Shown here: positions 1 to 9,532 of the stretch, one piece after another
How the letters are laid out: every line of letters starts with the position of its first letter
Numbering within the stretch: position 1 is the stretch's first letter
Assembly (NCBI GenBank): GCA_964640665.1
Contig: CAZXHT010000003.1
Location: 66,468-130,467 of the forward strand
Reading direction: 5' to 3'
DNA: 64,000 bases
Origin: an uncultured Myxococcales bacterium
GTDB lineage: Bacteria; Myxococcota; B64-G9
The notes under the pieces: model-generated
The model's input: the letters and a program-made list of their open reading frames with translations, nothing else
Databases searched by the model: none
What the model was told of the DNA's origin: nothing
Program-made: the position numbers and the translations under genes

Positions 1-641
1 TGGCCGGTGACTATTACACCGACGCCAGCACGCTGGGAGCAACCATCGACGCCGCAGGCAACACGATCGTGGCCCAGTGGGAGGAAGACGCCTTCGAGCA
101 GTGGCTTACCAACCTGTACGTCACCAGCTACGACGGCGCGGCCTTCACGCCCCTGGGCGGCTCGATCGCCGACGACTGGGACTCCAACAACCTGCCGGTG
201 CCCGCTCTGGTCACCGAAGGCCAGGACGTCTACGTGGCCTACTCCACGGCCAACAACACCGACGACACCCGGCAGGTGTACGTCAAGAAGTACCACTCGG
301 GAAGCTGGAGCCTGCTGGGCGCGGGCCCGGTTTCGGCTTTTTCACCCAGCGATCACTTCACCTCGAACAACCCCGACCTGCTGCTCATAGACGGCACTGT
401 CTGGGTCGCCTGGGAGGAGACCAGCCAGACCGAGGGCAGCTTCGTCTTCGTCGCCTACTTCGACACGGCCCTGCAAGAATGGGTAATCGACGGAGATCGG
501 CTCAACATCGATCAGGCCAACGAAGCGCTCGATCCCAGCCTGGCCTATTCACCCGCGGACGGTTATCTTTATGTAGCCTTCGAGGAGTACAGCGACGGCT
601 ACCCGCACATCTACGTCAAGAGAAAGAAGCTCAATCCGTAG
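1..641 (+). CDS. C-terminal part of a repeat protein whose start lies upstream of the window. It has repeated ~45-aa beta-strand-rich units (YVAYST..., WVAWEET..., YVAFEEY...), suggesting a beta-propeller or BNR-like fold
   Basis: The ORF is open to the window edge in frame with 69..641. It contains internal repeats with aromatic/acidic periodicity. No family was recognised with confidence. Confidence 0.4.
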   Translation, partial: AGDYYTDASTLGATIDAAGNTIVAQWEEDAFEQWLTNLYVTSYDGAAFTPLGGSIADDWDSNNLPVPALVTEGQDVYVAYSTANNTDDTRQVYVKKYHSGSWSLLGAGPVSAFSPSDHFTSNNPDLLLIDGTVWVAWEETSQTEGSFVFVAYFDTALQEWVIDGDRLNIDQANEALDPSLAYSPADGYLYVAFEEYSDGYPHIYVKRKKLNP

Positions 642-654
642 CTCTTAGACGTCC

Positions 655-1323
655 CTATTGCTGAAAAACCAGCCCGATGTTGACCGTGAACACGGTCAGG
701 CCCAGGTCGCGGGTGACTGTCTTGGTCTTGTAATCCAGGCAGGTGATCCGGCTGGTGCACTGGGGGTCACCGTTCGGGTCGAGATCCAGGACGGTCTCGT
801 CCCGCTTGGCCCCGGCGCCGCGGAAGCCCAGCTCGATAAACAGACCCAGCGGGCCGTCGAAGCGCCAGGCCGCGCCCAGCCCGCCGAAGACGCTCCAGCC
901 ATGGGCCAGGCCGCGGTACAGATCGCCGTCCAGCGCGGCCGTGTAGCCGCCGGCCCCGACAACATAAAGGCGCACCGGCTCTTTTAAGATGTTGAAATGG
1001 AAGGCCGCGTCGGCATGCAGCCAGGTTGCCTCATAGGAACTGTCTTCGCGGTAGCCGTAATGCAAGGCCGGGCGGATGCCAACCCAGAAAAGATCGCAGA
1101 CGCGATACAGCAAGGTGGCGTTGACCCCGGCTATGAAATTCACTCCGCCCTGGCTGGGACCGCCGAAGGCATCGGCGCCGATCTGGAAGTTGAGATAGCG
1201 GGTCTCGCCTCCCGCGGCCATTACCAGCGGAGCCAAGTGCTGATCATCAACCGCCGGCTGTGCCTGGGCCGGCGGGGCGACGGCTACAACCGCGAGGGCA
1301 AATGAAAGAAGTATTTTCTTCAT
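655..1323 (-). CDS. outer-membrane beta-barrel protein (OmpA-like, 8-stranded barrel type)
   Basis: There is a signal peptide, MKKILLSFALAVVAVAPPAQA, and alternating amphipathic strands. The C-terminus is aromatic (IGLVFQQ). A GAGGAG ribosome-binding site precedes the internal ATG at 1323. Confidence 0.55.
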   Translation of the reverse strand: MKKILLSFALAVVAVAPPAQAQPAVDDQHLAPLVMAAGGETRYLNFQIGADAFGGPSQGGVNFIAGVNATLLYRVCDLFWVGIRPALHYGYREDSSYEATWLHADAAFHFNILKEPVRLYVVGAGGYTAALDGDLYRGLAHGWSVFGGLGAAWRFDGPLGLFIELGFRGAGAKRDETVLDLDPNGDPQCTSRITCLDYKTKTVTRDLGLTVFTVNIGLVFQQ

Positions 1324-1346
1324 CACGTTCTCCTCTGCCCGCCGTT

Positions 1347-2732
1347 TCAAAACATGGTCGGAAAGTAACCCTGGACCGTGATCCAGTGGTTATCGCTGAA
1401 GATCAGCGTGTTGCGCCCGCCGATGTTCTTCTCGTACTGGTAGTGAATCTGCAGCGGAATGTAGAAGGGGATCAGGTTCACCCCCGCGGCGACGCGCAAG
1501 ATCTCGTAGTGGCCGGCCAGTTGCAGTTCGAGCCCCTGCACCATCTTGATAAAACGCCCGTCGGCGTCCAACTCGGGCTCCTGGGCGTAGGAGTAGCCGA
1601 TCCCGATGCCGACGTCGAAGATCAAAGACGAGATCCCGAGCTGCAGCATGGCGTCGCAGCCGAAGCCCGGCGTGTAGCCGTAGCTCTTGCCGGTCAGGTC
1701 GGAGAGATCGGGAAAGTAGTTGCGATCGGGGTCCATGCCGGGCATGTCGAGCAACATGTTACCGTCATCGGTGGGCTTGGGAAAGTTGGGGTAGCGCCGG
1801 TGGCTCTTGAAAAAATAAGAACCCGTAAACTCGGCCGTGACTATGATATCGATCCAGTGCTCGTACTGAAAGATGCGCAGGTCGTAGTCCTGGGTGAAGC
1901 CCGCACCGAAAGAGCCGGTTCCGAAGTCGACCTTGGGCCCGGTGCCCATGGTCAGCGAGTTGTTTGGATCGGCGATGTTGCCGGTGGGCAGTGACACCCG
2001 CCCGGTGAAGGAGCCGCTCCAGCGGTGGTTGCGGAAGAAGTTCCACGAGAAGCCCAGGTTGATGTCGTTCAGCACCCAGCCGTTGGAGTGATAGGCCGCG
2101 CCGGGCCCCAGATCTTCGGGATAGTTGTCGGGATCGCCGATCGTCGGCCGACCCAGCCGCGGCAGGTAGCGCAGTAGCCAGGCCGAGGCTTCGTTCAAAT
2201 ACTTGTCCTTTGTATTGCCTCCATCACCGAACCAGTTGGGATCGATCTTGTTTGCTTCCGGTACCATGGCATTGAAAATACCAACTGTCGTGGGATCAAG
2301 GTTCATCTTGGAAAGCTTGGGGCGCACCTGGATATCCATGTAGACAAATGGCAGCTCGAAGTAGAAATCGAGGTTATCGGTAACGCCGTATGAAAACTGC
2401 ATGGTTATTCCGCCCCCGCCGCCCGAGGCGCCCAGGTCGAGCATCAGCACCTCGTTGCCCTCCTCGCCGAACGAGATCGGCGGGGCCATGGACGTCCGGT
2501 GGCGGTAGGCGTCGTAACGCCCGGAGGCGTTGCGCATGTTCCACTCGTACTTCATGCTGAACACGCCCTGAGGCAACTGGGCGGTGCTTCCGTACAGATC
2601 GAGCTCGATGACTTTCTCGAGCAGTTTATCCCAATAGTCTGTGTACCTCTTCCACAGGCTATCCGCCCCCGCCTCGAGCGGCAGGAGCATGCCCAGGAAA
2701 AGAACCAGTGCAACCAGTCGCCTGTGTCTCAC
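1347..2732 (-). CDS. putative outer-membrane beta-barrel protein / porin-like, family not recognised
   Basis: There is a signal peptide (MRHRRLVALVLFLGMLLPLEAGA). The protein is rich in Gly/Tyr/Asn/Asp amphipathic strands and ends with C-terminal Phe (PTMF). Confidence 0.45.
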   Translation of the reverse strand: MRHRRLVALVLFLGMLLPLEAGADSLWKRYTDYWDKLLEKVIELDLYGSTAQLPQGVFSMKYEWNMRNASGRYDAYRHRTSMAPPISFGEEGNEVLMLDLGASGGGGGITMQFSYGVTDNLDFYFELPFVYMDIQVRPKLSKMNLDPTTVGIFNAMVPEANKIDPNWFGDGGNTKDKYLNEASAWLLRYLPRLGRPTIGDPDNYPEDLGPGAAYHSNGWVLNDINLGFSWNFFRNHRWSGSFTGRVSLPTGNIADPNNSLTMGTGPKVDFGTGSFGAGFTQDYDLRIFQYEHWIDIIVTAEFTGSYFFKSHRRYPNFPKPTDDGNMLLDMPGMDPDRNYFPDLSDLTGKSYGYTPGFGCDAMLQLGISSLIFDVGIGIGYSYAQEPELDADGRFIKMVQGLELQLAGHYEILRVAAGVNLIPFYIPLQIHYQYEKNIGGRNTLIFSDNHWITVQGYFPTMF

Positions 2733-2816
2733 GGGACCCTCCTTCCGTAATAACTCGCCAGATTCAGATGAATGCCATTGGAGCAGATGATAGTAGATCG
2801 CCGCCTGGGTGGCAAA

Positions 2817-4073
2817 TCAAATGTCTGCCCTTCCCGCGAGCTTCTCGACCGCCAACGCCAGTCGCACGGCAGTCTGGGGACCGGGGCTCATGCCGCACTC
2901 ATAGGCATAGGTTCGATCGTGGAACATCTCCGGTGTCAGCAGGTAGCCCAGTTCGTCGTCGGCCAGGCAGGCAAGCAGCCTGGGCTTGCCCGGGACACGC
3001 GCCAGTATCTCGAGACCCAGTGCCGGGGCCGCCTCCCCGGGCAAAAAAGTGATCGAGGCCGGCCCCAGTCGGCAGAACGACACCCGCGAGATCATGTCGG
3101 GGGCAAATTCGCGCTCGTCCACCACTCCCAGGGCGGCAAGTATCTGGTAGAAGCGGTTGCCGGAGGCCGGGATGCGGACCTCGCCGCCGCCGACGCTGAT
3201 AGCGGGATCTAAGACCGGTGCAAGGCGCGCCCGCCCGACGAGTCGCAGCGCCGCCCGGCCGAGTGCCCGGCCAAGCCCGTGCATGAACATCTCGCGCGAT
3301 TGGTACAAGGTGTCGTGCCCGACGGCGGCGCTGACCAGGGCGCCCAGGGCGCCGTTGATGTAGATCGCCGTGCCGCCCAGGCGTTTCTCGATCGTTTCAC
3401 AGCAGACGCCGCAGAAGTCGGCGCTGATTTGGCGGTTTGCCTTCCAGAGCGTCTCCGGGTGGCAGGCGTACTGCACCAGGCTGGCTATCGATTCTCCCGC
3501 CTGGTCGTCGAATTGAATCACGCGCAGTTCCCTGTCTGCCACAGCAGCGCGCTCGTTACGCACCCAGCGTCCGGCTGTATCGAACTTGCCGGAGGCGACA
3601 TGCAGGCGCGCCGGCCGGGCTGACGCCAGTGCCCGCTCGACGCAGGTAACGATGCGCGATTCGAGAAAATCCATGTAGGCCGGATCCTGCCCATTGCGGT
3701 ACGGCAGGCGGCCCATTAAAGTCGGGCCCCAGATGCCAAGCGTGTCCGGACCCTGGTGGTTGTGGGTACAAACTATGTGAATAGCGTCGGGATAGCGGCG
3801 CGTCAGCCGCTGCCGTAGTCTACGAGTTCGCATAAGCGACAGGCCGATTAAATCAGCCGTGACGATGACCAGCGGTGTTCCCGCGCCGGCGACCACGAGC
3901 GCTCTGGCAAACAGCGGATCGCGAACGCCGCTGCAAGCGCGCTCTGCGCCGAAGCCGGCCAGCCACATGCCGGCCGGCCGCGGGGGGGTTACGTCCATTG
4001 CGGCCGCCCCGGCAACGAGCTGTTCCGGCGCGGTACCCATGAAGGCGTCCAGGGGAAGCATACCGGCCGGCAT
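2817..4073 (-). CDS. neutral/alkaline ceramidase-like hydrolase
   Basis: The motif IHIVCTHNHQGPD resembles the HTHSGP active-site block of neutral ceramidases. Length is about 420 aa. The start at 4073 avoids overlap with the upstream stop. Confidence 0.45.
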   Translation of the reverse strand: MPAGMLPLDAFMGTAPEQLVAGAAAMDVTPPRPAGMWLAGFGAERACSGVRDPLFARALVVAGAGTPLVIVTADLIGLSLMRTRRLRQRLTRRYPDAIHIVCTHNHQGPDTLGIWGPTLMGRLPYRNGQDPAYMDFLESRIVTCVERALASARPARLHVASGKFDTAGRWVRNERAAVADRELRVIQFDDQAGESIASLVQYACHPETLWKANRQISADFCGVCCETIEKRLGGTAIYINGALGALVSAAVGHDTLYQSREMFMHGLGRALGRAALRLVGRARLAPVLDPAISVGGGEVRIPASGNRFYQILAALGVVDEREFAPDMISRVSFCRLGPASITFLPGEAAPALGLEILARVPGKPRLLACLADDELGYLLTPEMFHDRTYAYECGMSPGPQTAVRLALAVEKLAGRADI

Positions 4074-4080
4074 GACGATC

Positions 4081-5352
4081 TCAGTCCACGAACACGATCC
4101 CGTGTCGCGCGGCGATTTCAGCAACGAGCTTCCCGGCCAGCTCGACGTCCGCAACCAGCGGGTGGGCCACCAGCGCCAGTAGGGATAGCCTCTTAGAGCG
4201 GGTCAGTGCCGCCTCGACGGCCAGCTCTTCGTAGGCCTTGACGTGCTGCAGCAGGCCGCGGATCTCGGGCGGAGGAGGATCCACCGGCCGCGGCTGCGCC
4301 CCGCCTGCCCCGATCGTGCAGGGCACCTCCACCACGCAGTCCGCAGGCAAACAGGCGATGGCCTGACCGTTGCGCGCGTTGACTATCTGCCGCTCGCCGC
4401 GGTCCTGGTGGATGGCCAGTACCAAATCGAGCGCCGCCCGGCTGTACAAGGCCCCGCCGCGCTTCTCGAGCCCGGGTGGTTTCTCGACGCGCCCGGGATC
4501 GGCGTAGGCCGCAAGCAGGTCTTTTTCAATGTCCATCACCTCCTCGGCCCGGCTCTTGGGTTTGCGTCGTAGCTCGGCCAGCGCCTTGCGAGTCAGGTAA
4601 TAGTAGCGCAGGTACGAGGAGGGTATCATTCCCAGGGCGCGGATGAACTCGGGCGGGTAATCCAACTCTTCGGGAATATTGGCCGGGCGGCCGGCCGCGG
4701 TCAACTCGTCGAGCACCCCGGGCAAGACGTCGCGCCCATCCACGATAACGCGGCGCACCCAGCTAAGGTGGTTCAGCCCCAGGTAGTCGAGATCCACGTG
4801 ATCCGGCTCGACCTTGAGCCTGGCGGCCACATCCATCTTCAGGTTGATGGGGTTGTTGCACAGGCCGATCGCCCGCTCGCGCCCGTGTTTGAGAATCGCC
4901 TCGGTCACCAACCCGGAAGGGTTGGTGAAGTTGATCAGCCAGGCATGCGGGCAAAGGCGTTCCATGTCCCGGCAGATCTCGAGCATCACCGGCACCGTGC
5001 GTAAAGCCTTGGCGAAGCCACCCACCCCGGTCGTCTCCTGCCCGACAAGTCCGTGATCGAGGCCCAGCAGGATGTCTTGGTGCCGGCCGGCCTGTCCGCC
5101 GACTCGAATCTGTGTGAGCACGAAACTCGCGCCGTCTACGGCGCGTTCGCGTTCGCTGGTCGTTACGACCTTGAAGGCCTCGCCCGCGTGGGCGGCCATG
5201 CGTTGACAGAATCCGCCGACGACGCCCAAGCGCTCGGCGTCGATGTCCATCAGGGCAACCTCTTCGAGCCCCAGGACCGGCCCGTCGGAGATCAGACCAT
5301 CCATGAGCTCCGGCGTATAGGTGCTGCCCCCGCCAATGACGGCTATCTTCAT
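4081..5352 (-). CDS. glycoside hydrolase family 4 (NAD+/Mn2+-dependent 6-phospho-beta-glucosidase / 6-phospho-alpha-glucosidase family)
   Basis: It has an N-terminal KIAVIGGGSTYTPEL Rossmann motif, the central NFTNPSG block and a conserved Cys/His region. The ~420 aa length is typical of GH4. Confidence 0.75.
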   Translation of the reverse strand: MKIAVIGGGSTYTPELMDGLISDGPVLGLEEVALMDIDAERLGVVGGFCQRMAAHAGEAFKVVTTSERERAVDGASFVLTQIRVGGQAGRHQDILLGLDHGLVGQETTGVGGFAKALRTVPVMLEICRDMERLCPHAWLINFTNPSGLVTEAILKHGRERAIGLCNNPINLKMDVAARLKVEPDHVDLDYLGLNHLSWVRRVIVDGRDVLPGVLDELTAAGRPANIPEELDYPPEFIRALGMIPSSYLRYYYLTRKALAELRRKPKSRAEEVMDIEKDLLAAYADPGRVEKPPGLEKRGGALYSRAALDLVLAIHQDRGERQIVNARNGQAIACLPADCVVEVPCTIGAGGAQPRPVDPPPPEIRGLLQHVKAYEELAVEAALTRSKRLSLLALVAHPLVADVELAGKLVAEIAARHGIVFVD

Positions 5353-5361
5353 GTCAACTGG

Positions 5362-7167
5362 TTACCTCCGGCGACGGCGCCTGGCCGGCTTGGACAGTTT
5401 CTTCGTGACCTTCAACTCACAGGCCGGGTGTTCCGGCCAGTCACTAGGGCCGATCTCCCAGTGTTGCTTGCTGTAGCGCTTTCTGAAAAGTATGATTTTA
5501 TGGGTCTTGCCGAGCGGCAGGTTTGTAATCGTCCGTGGCGTCCGGCCGATGCGCTTCCCGTCGAGGTATACCCAGGCCTTTCCGGGCTGCGAGTCGATAA
5601 TGAGTTTTCCGCGTCGCTGCTTCAGTTTCTTTTCTATCAGGCTGGGCTTGTCCGCCTGAAGTGCGACATCGCCCTCCCATGGCTCGTAACCAGGCACCAC
5701 CAGCTTGATGCCGTGCTCGCCCGCCCTGAGCCCCATAATTCGCGGCGGGTCGCCTTGGCGCTCGACGATGTCGCCGTCCACCAGCACGACCGCCCCGTCG
5801 GGCTGGGTGGTCACCGTCAGGGCTCCAGCAAACTTCTCTGCCTCGGCCGGCGGCGACTTGACCACCCGCTTTTTCACCCTCTCTTCCTTGCCGATAAGTT
5901 GCAAGACGACCAATACGGCCACTCCCACCAGAAGCGCCACCCCCAGAAGCACCATGACCAGGTTCTTGAGTTGGCGCCCCTTGCCCAGACCGCCCTCCTT
6001 GATGGCCATGATAGTCTCGCCCTTGGAGAACTTGCCCACAGGAGGCGCGAAGACCGGCTCGGTCACCTGGGATGCGTCCGAAGGCGGCGGCTGCGCCAGC
6101 GGAACCGCTGACAACAGATCATCCGGCCGCGGAGCACCGGCCGGCGGAATTTTGACCAGCTCCTCCAGGTTTTCGCCCCGCGCCATCCATTGGCTGGTGG
6201 CCTCGCCAAAGGCGAAACTGACATTCTCTTTCTTCTGACCCATTCGACCGGAAAGGGCATCTACCAGAAAGGATGACAGGGCATCGGCGTCTATTTTCCG
6301 ATCCCAGCGATCGAGAAAGGCATCCAACTCGGTGCGCATGACCACCGCCGAGGCCGGTCTTTCGGAGGGACTCTCCGACATGGCGCTCACCAAAAGCTTG
6401 TCCAGTTCGACGGGGATATCGGCATGAATCAACGATGGCGGCGCCTGCCTGATTGTCCTGGAAATCGCCTCGATCTGCGTCTCGGCCGCCTGGGCCCTTA
6501 TTTTTTTGCCGCTCAGGACTTCGTAGAGAGTGACGCCCAGTGAAAACAGGTCGGCCCGTCCATCCAACTCCTTTCGTACCAATACCTCCGGGGCCAGGTA
6601 GCCGTACTCTCCCCGGAAGACGTCCGGCCGGGTGTCGATCAGCTTGGATGACACACGCGCCAGGCCGAAATCGACGAGCTTCACCCGGCCCGCGGAAGAG
6701 ATGACTACGTTCGGTGGGCTCATGTTACGGTGTACGAGACCGAGCGGGTTTCCGTAAGCGTCTTTGATCTCATGGGCGTAAGCCAGGCCGGCGAGCGCCT
6801 GGCTGACGACATATATCCCGATCGTCGGCGGGAAGCGCACTTCTTGTTCGACGACGGCCTGCATCAATGTCGCCAGGTTGGTGCCCTCGATGTACTCCAT
6901 GGCGATGAAAAGGCTGCTGCCATTGCGGCCCCATTCGAATACCTTGACGATGTTCGGGTGCTCGAGCATGGAAGCCACGCGCGCCTCGTCGACGAAACCC
7001 GCTAAAAAGTCGGCGTCCGCGGCCAGTTCGTCATGGATCTTCTTGATCACGACCGGCAAGTCTTCGCCCGCGGCGGTGCGCGTGGTCGCCCGGTAAATAT
7101 CGGCCACGGCGCCCGATGCCAGGCGCTCGAGCAGAGTGTACTTGCCGAATGAGACGGGATAGGTCAT
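5362..7167 (-). CDS. Ser/Thr protein kinase-like protein (predicted pseudokinase) with TM segment and C-terminal PEGA domain
   Basis: The kinase fold has a VIKK Lys and DFG (VDFGLA). The catalytic loop reads HRNMSPPN instead of HRDLKPxN. The Gly-loop is degenerate (LASGAVADIY). There is a TM helix (LVMVLLGVALLVGVAVLVVL) and a PEGA-like C-terminus (AWVYLDGKRIGRTPRTITNLPLG). Confidence 0.7.
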   Translation of the reverse strand: MTYPVSFGKYTLLERLASGAVADIYRATTRTAAGEDLPVVIKKIHDELAADADFLAGFVDEARVASMLEHPNIVKVFEWGRNGSSLFIAMEYIEGTNLATLMQAVVEQEVRFPPTIGIYVVSQALAGLAYAHEIKDAYGNPLGLVHRNMSPPNVVISSAGRVKLVDFGLARVSSKLIDTRPDVFRGEYGYLAPEVLVRKELDGRADLFSLGVTLYEVLSGKKIRAQAAETQIEAISRTIRQAPPSLIHADIPVELDKLLVSAMSESPSERPASAVVMRTELDAFLDRWDRKIDADALSSFLVDALSGRMGQKKENVSFAFGEATSQWMARGENLEELVKIPPAGAPRPDDLLSAVPLAQPPPSDASQVTEPVFAPPVGKFSKGETIMAIKEGGLGKGRQLKNLVMVLLGVALLVGVAVLVVLQLIGKEERVKKRVVKSPPAEAEKFAGALTVTTQPDGAVVLVDGDIVERQGDPPRIMGLRAGEHGIKLVVPGYEPWEGDVALQADKPSLIEKKLKQRRGKLIIDSQPGKAWVYLDGKRIGRTPRTITNLPLGKTHKIILFRKRYSKQHWEIGPSDWPEHPACELKVTKKLSKPARRRRRR

Positions 7168-7168
7168 T

Positions 7169-9397
7169 TCAGTGGCCTCGCCGCAAGATGCCCCCGCTCT
7201 TCTTCTTCGACTTGCGCCGCATGTTGATCAACCGCAATTCCCGCAGGGCCTCGGTGCAGTCGGGGTTGCACTGGATGGCCTTCTCGAACTCGTGTTCGGC
7301 CATCTCACGGTAGTTCATCGCCTTGTAAATGTAACCCAGAAACAGGTAGGCCTTATCCACCTTGGAGTTTAAAGAAATGGCCTGGTTGAGCTGATCGCGG
7401 GCGGTCCGCACCGCTTCCTCGTTCTTGGGATCGCTCTGGAACATTGCCCAGCCGAGGTAGGCATGGAACTCCCCCTCGTCGGGACAAAGCTTGACGGCCT
7501 CCTCGAACATGTCGCGGGCCTTTTCGTACTCCCTCTTGCGCAGCGCGATCTCGCCCTTCTGGAAAAGACCCTCGGCCGAGAGGATCTTCGAGACCTCGCT
7601 CGAGACGTCCCGCTTGGTTCCCGAGGAAAGCTCTTCCAGGTAGTTGTCGCGGCGGGCGTCGTCGGCCAGCACGTCATGGGCGTTGGAGATGATGTTGAAG
7701 ATCTCGTCGGCCAGGTTGCGGATCTCGGCGCTGGCTGTCCCCGACATCCTGTCGGGGTGATAGTGCTTGGCCAGCGCGAAGTAGGCCTTCTGGATCTCGG
7801 CTCGCGAGGCGTTCTTGGACACTCCCAGGACCTCGAAGTAGTCCTGATTCTTCATCTCCACGGCCCGCTCGGCAAGCTCCTCGCGCAACGAGTGCTCCTC
7901 GGGGCTCAGCTTGGCCCCCGGACTTTCCCCGGGGCTCAGCGTGGGAACCGGCACTCCGCCGTGCTCGGCAAGGCGGCCTTTGACACGTTCGCGAACGGGT
8001 GGAGGAACCGGCGGGGGGCCGGCCTGTTGGCCGGCCGGCGATGCACCGGAGGCGGCCCCCTGCATCTCGGTTGCGTCATCCTCGAAAGATTTCGCGTCCG
8101 CAGCACCTGGCTTCTCATCCGTTGCGGACTCGCCGGGCGGCGGCGACGAATCCGCCGCTTCCACGCAACCAGCGTCCTCGGCCGGCTCGTCCCGCAGGGT
8201 GACCATACCGGCACAATTCAGCGCATAGACGATACGGTAGACGCGTTCCTTGTCCAGGCCGAGGTCGAGGATCTCGCGCATGGTTCGATCTCCACGGAGA
8301 TGCTCGACGAATGACTCCTCGTCCTCGTCGAGATCCATGTCCTGGAAGCGGAACACGGGATCGGAATGCGGCACCACGTAGTAGTCAAGCCAGCCATCGA
8401 GAGCCTCGCGCAAGCGCTCGATCTTGTATTTTCTCCTGATGCCCTCGTAAATCACTGCGGCGGTGCTGGCATCGAGCGAAACGGTGACCGGGGGCACGGA
8501 ACTCTTGGGATTGAACTGAAAATCGCCTTGTTCCCAGCCGAACAGGTCGTATAGCTTCACCTCGAGTTGCAACTGCAAGGCATACTGCAGGTTATGTGGC
8601 GAGATACAGCCCATCTCGATCAACACCGTTCCTTGCTGGCGCCCGGACTCCTTCATCTTGGTAATCGATTCTTCGCACTCCTCGTCGCTGATCATCTTCT
8701 CCCTGACCATCACCTTGCCGAGACACTCGTTCAACAGGTTGGACTTGACGAAGACTGGATAGCCGTTCTTGGTGAAGACGATCTTCTTCAGCTTGTCCTT
8801 CTTGAGCAGCAACGCCCCGTCAAGCTTGTCGCGGTACAGCTCGGCCAGCAGTTCGGCGAAGGGGGTATCGCGCAGGTTTCCCCGGCGTGCCGCGGAGAGG
8901 AATTCTTTTGAATCGCGCTCGACCTCAGCCTGTTCTTCCTTGCTCTCGGGACTGGCATAGGGCTCTGGCGCCCTGCGATCGACGGCCTCCCGCTCGGCCT
9001 GGGCGGCCACCGCCGACGGGTACTCGGCCCCGAAGGTCTCCTTGAGCGAATCAAGCAGCTTCTCTATGTTGAGGGGCTTGTCCAGGTACTCGACGACGTT
9101 GTACTTGCGAATGGCGTCCTGGCGATGGTTGACCCCGCGATAGATGCCGCTGATCATCAGAATCGGCAGATCCTTGCCCTTGACCGTCTTGCGGATCCTC
9201 TCGGCCACCTGGAAGCCGTTCATAACCGGGATCAGGATGTCCAGGATGACGAAGTCGATCTCCTTCGACTCGAAGGTCCTCAGGGCCCATTCTCCGTCCC
9301 GCTCGCCGATAACGGTGAAGCCCTCCTCCTCGATGACTTCGGTAAGCATTTTCTGGACGGTCTTGTCGTCCTCCACTACGAGGATAGTCTTGCTCAC
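7169..9397 (-). CDS. multidomain protein: response-regulator receiver (REC) + DUF4388-like + DnaJ J-domain + TPR repeats
   Basis: REC: ILVVEDDK...VILDILIPVMNG. J-domain with HPD: DYFEVLGVSKNASRAEIQKAYFALAKHYHPDRM. C-terminal TPR-like repeats are present. A GTG start at 9397 has an AGGAGG SD 7 nt upstream. The ORF track extends to 9421. Confidence 0.7.
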   Translation of the reverse strand: MSKTILVVEDDKTVQKMLTEVIEEEGFTVIGERDGEWALRTFESKEIDFVILDILIPVMNGFQVAERIRKTVKGKDLPILMISGIYRGVNHRQDAIRKYNVVEYLDKPLNIEKLLDSLKETFGAEYPSAVAAQAEREAVDRRAPEPYASPESKEEQAEVERDSKEFLSAARRGNLRDTPFAELLAELYRDKLDGALLLKKDKLKKIVFTKNGYPVFVKSNLLNECLGKVMVREKMISDEECEESITKMKESGRQQGTVLIEMGCISPHNLQYALQLQLEVKLYDLFGWEQGDFQFNPKSSVPPVTVSLDASTAAVIYEGIRRKYKIERLREALDGWLDYYVVPHSDPVFRFQDMDLDEDEESFVEHLRGDRTMREILDLGLDKERVYRIVYALNCAGMVTLRDEPAEDAGCVEAADSSPPPGESATDEKPGAADAKSFEDDATEMQGAASGASPAGQQAGPPPVPPPVRERVKGRLAEHGGVPVPTLSPGESPGAKLSPEEHSLREELAERAVEMKNQDYFEVLGVSKNASRAEIQKAYFALAKHYHPDRMSGTASAEIRNLADEIFNIISNAHDVLADDARRDNYLEELSSGTKRDVSSEVSKILSAEGLFQKGEIALRKREYEKARDMFEEAVKLCPDEGEFHAYLGWAMFQSDPKNEEAVRTARDQLNQAISLNSKVDKAYLFLGYIYKAMNYREMAEHEFEKAIQCNPDCTEALRELRLINMRRKSKKKSGGILRRGH

Positions 9398-9532
9398 TGG
9401 TACCCTCCTGCAAATGAACAAACGCTCCCGGCCGACAATTTTCAGGCGGGGGTCGCGCTAATGACAATGGAGTGCCATTATAGGAAATCGTCCCCGCGCT
9501 TTGCAAGTGCATTCCGCCACCCTTGATCTGCG

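Noticed and set aside
7936-8314. Small overlapping ORFs inside the REC-DnaJ gene
   Set aside because: They lie within a well-supported 743-aa coding region on either strand and have Pro/Arg-rich junk composition.
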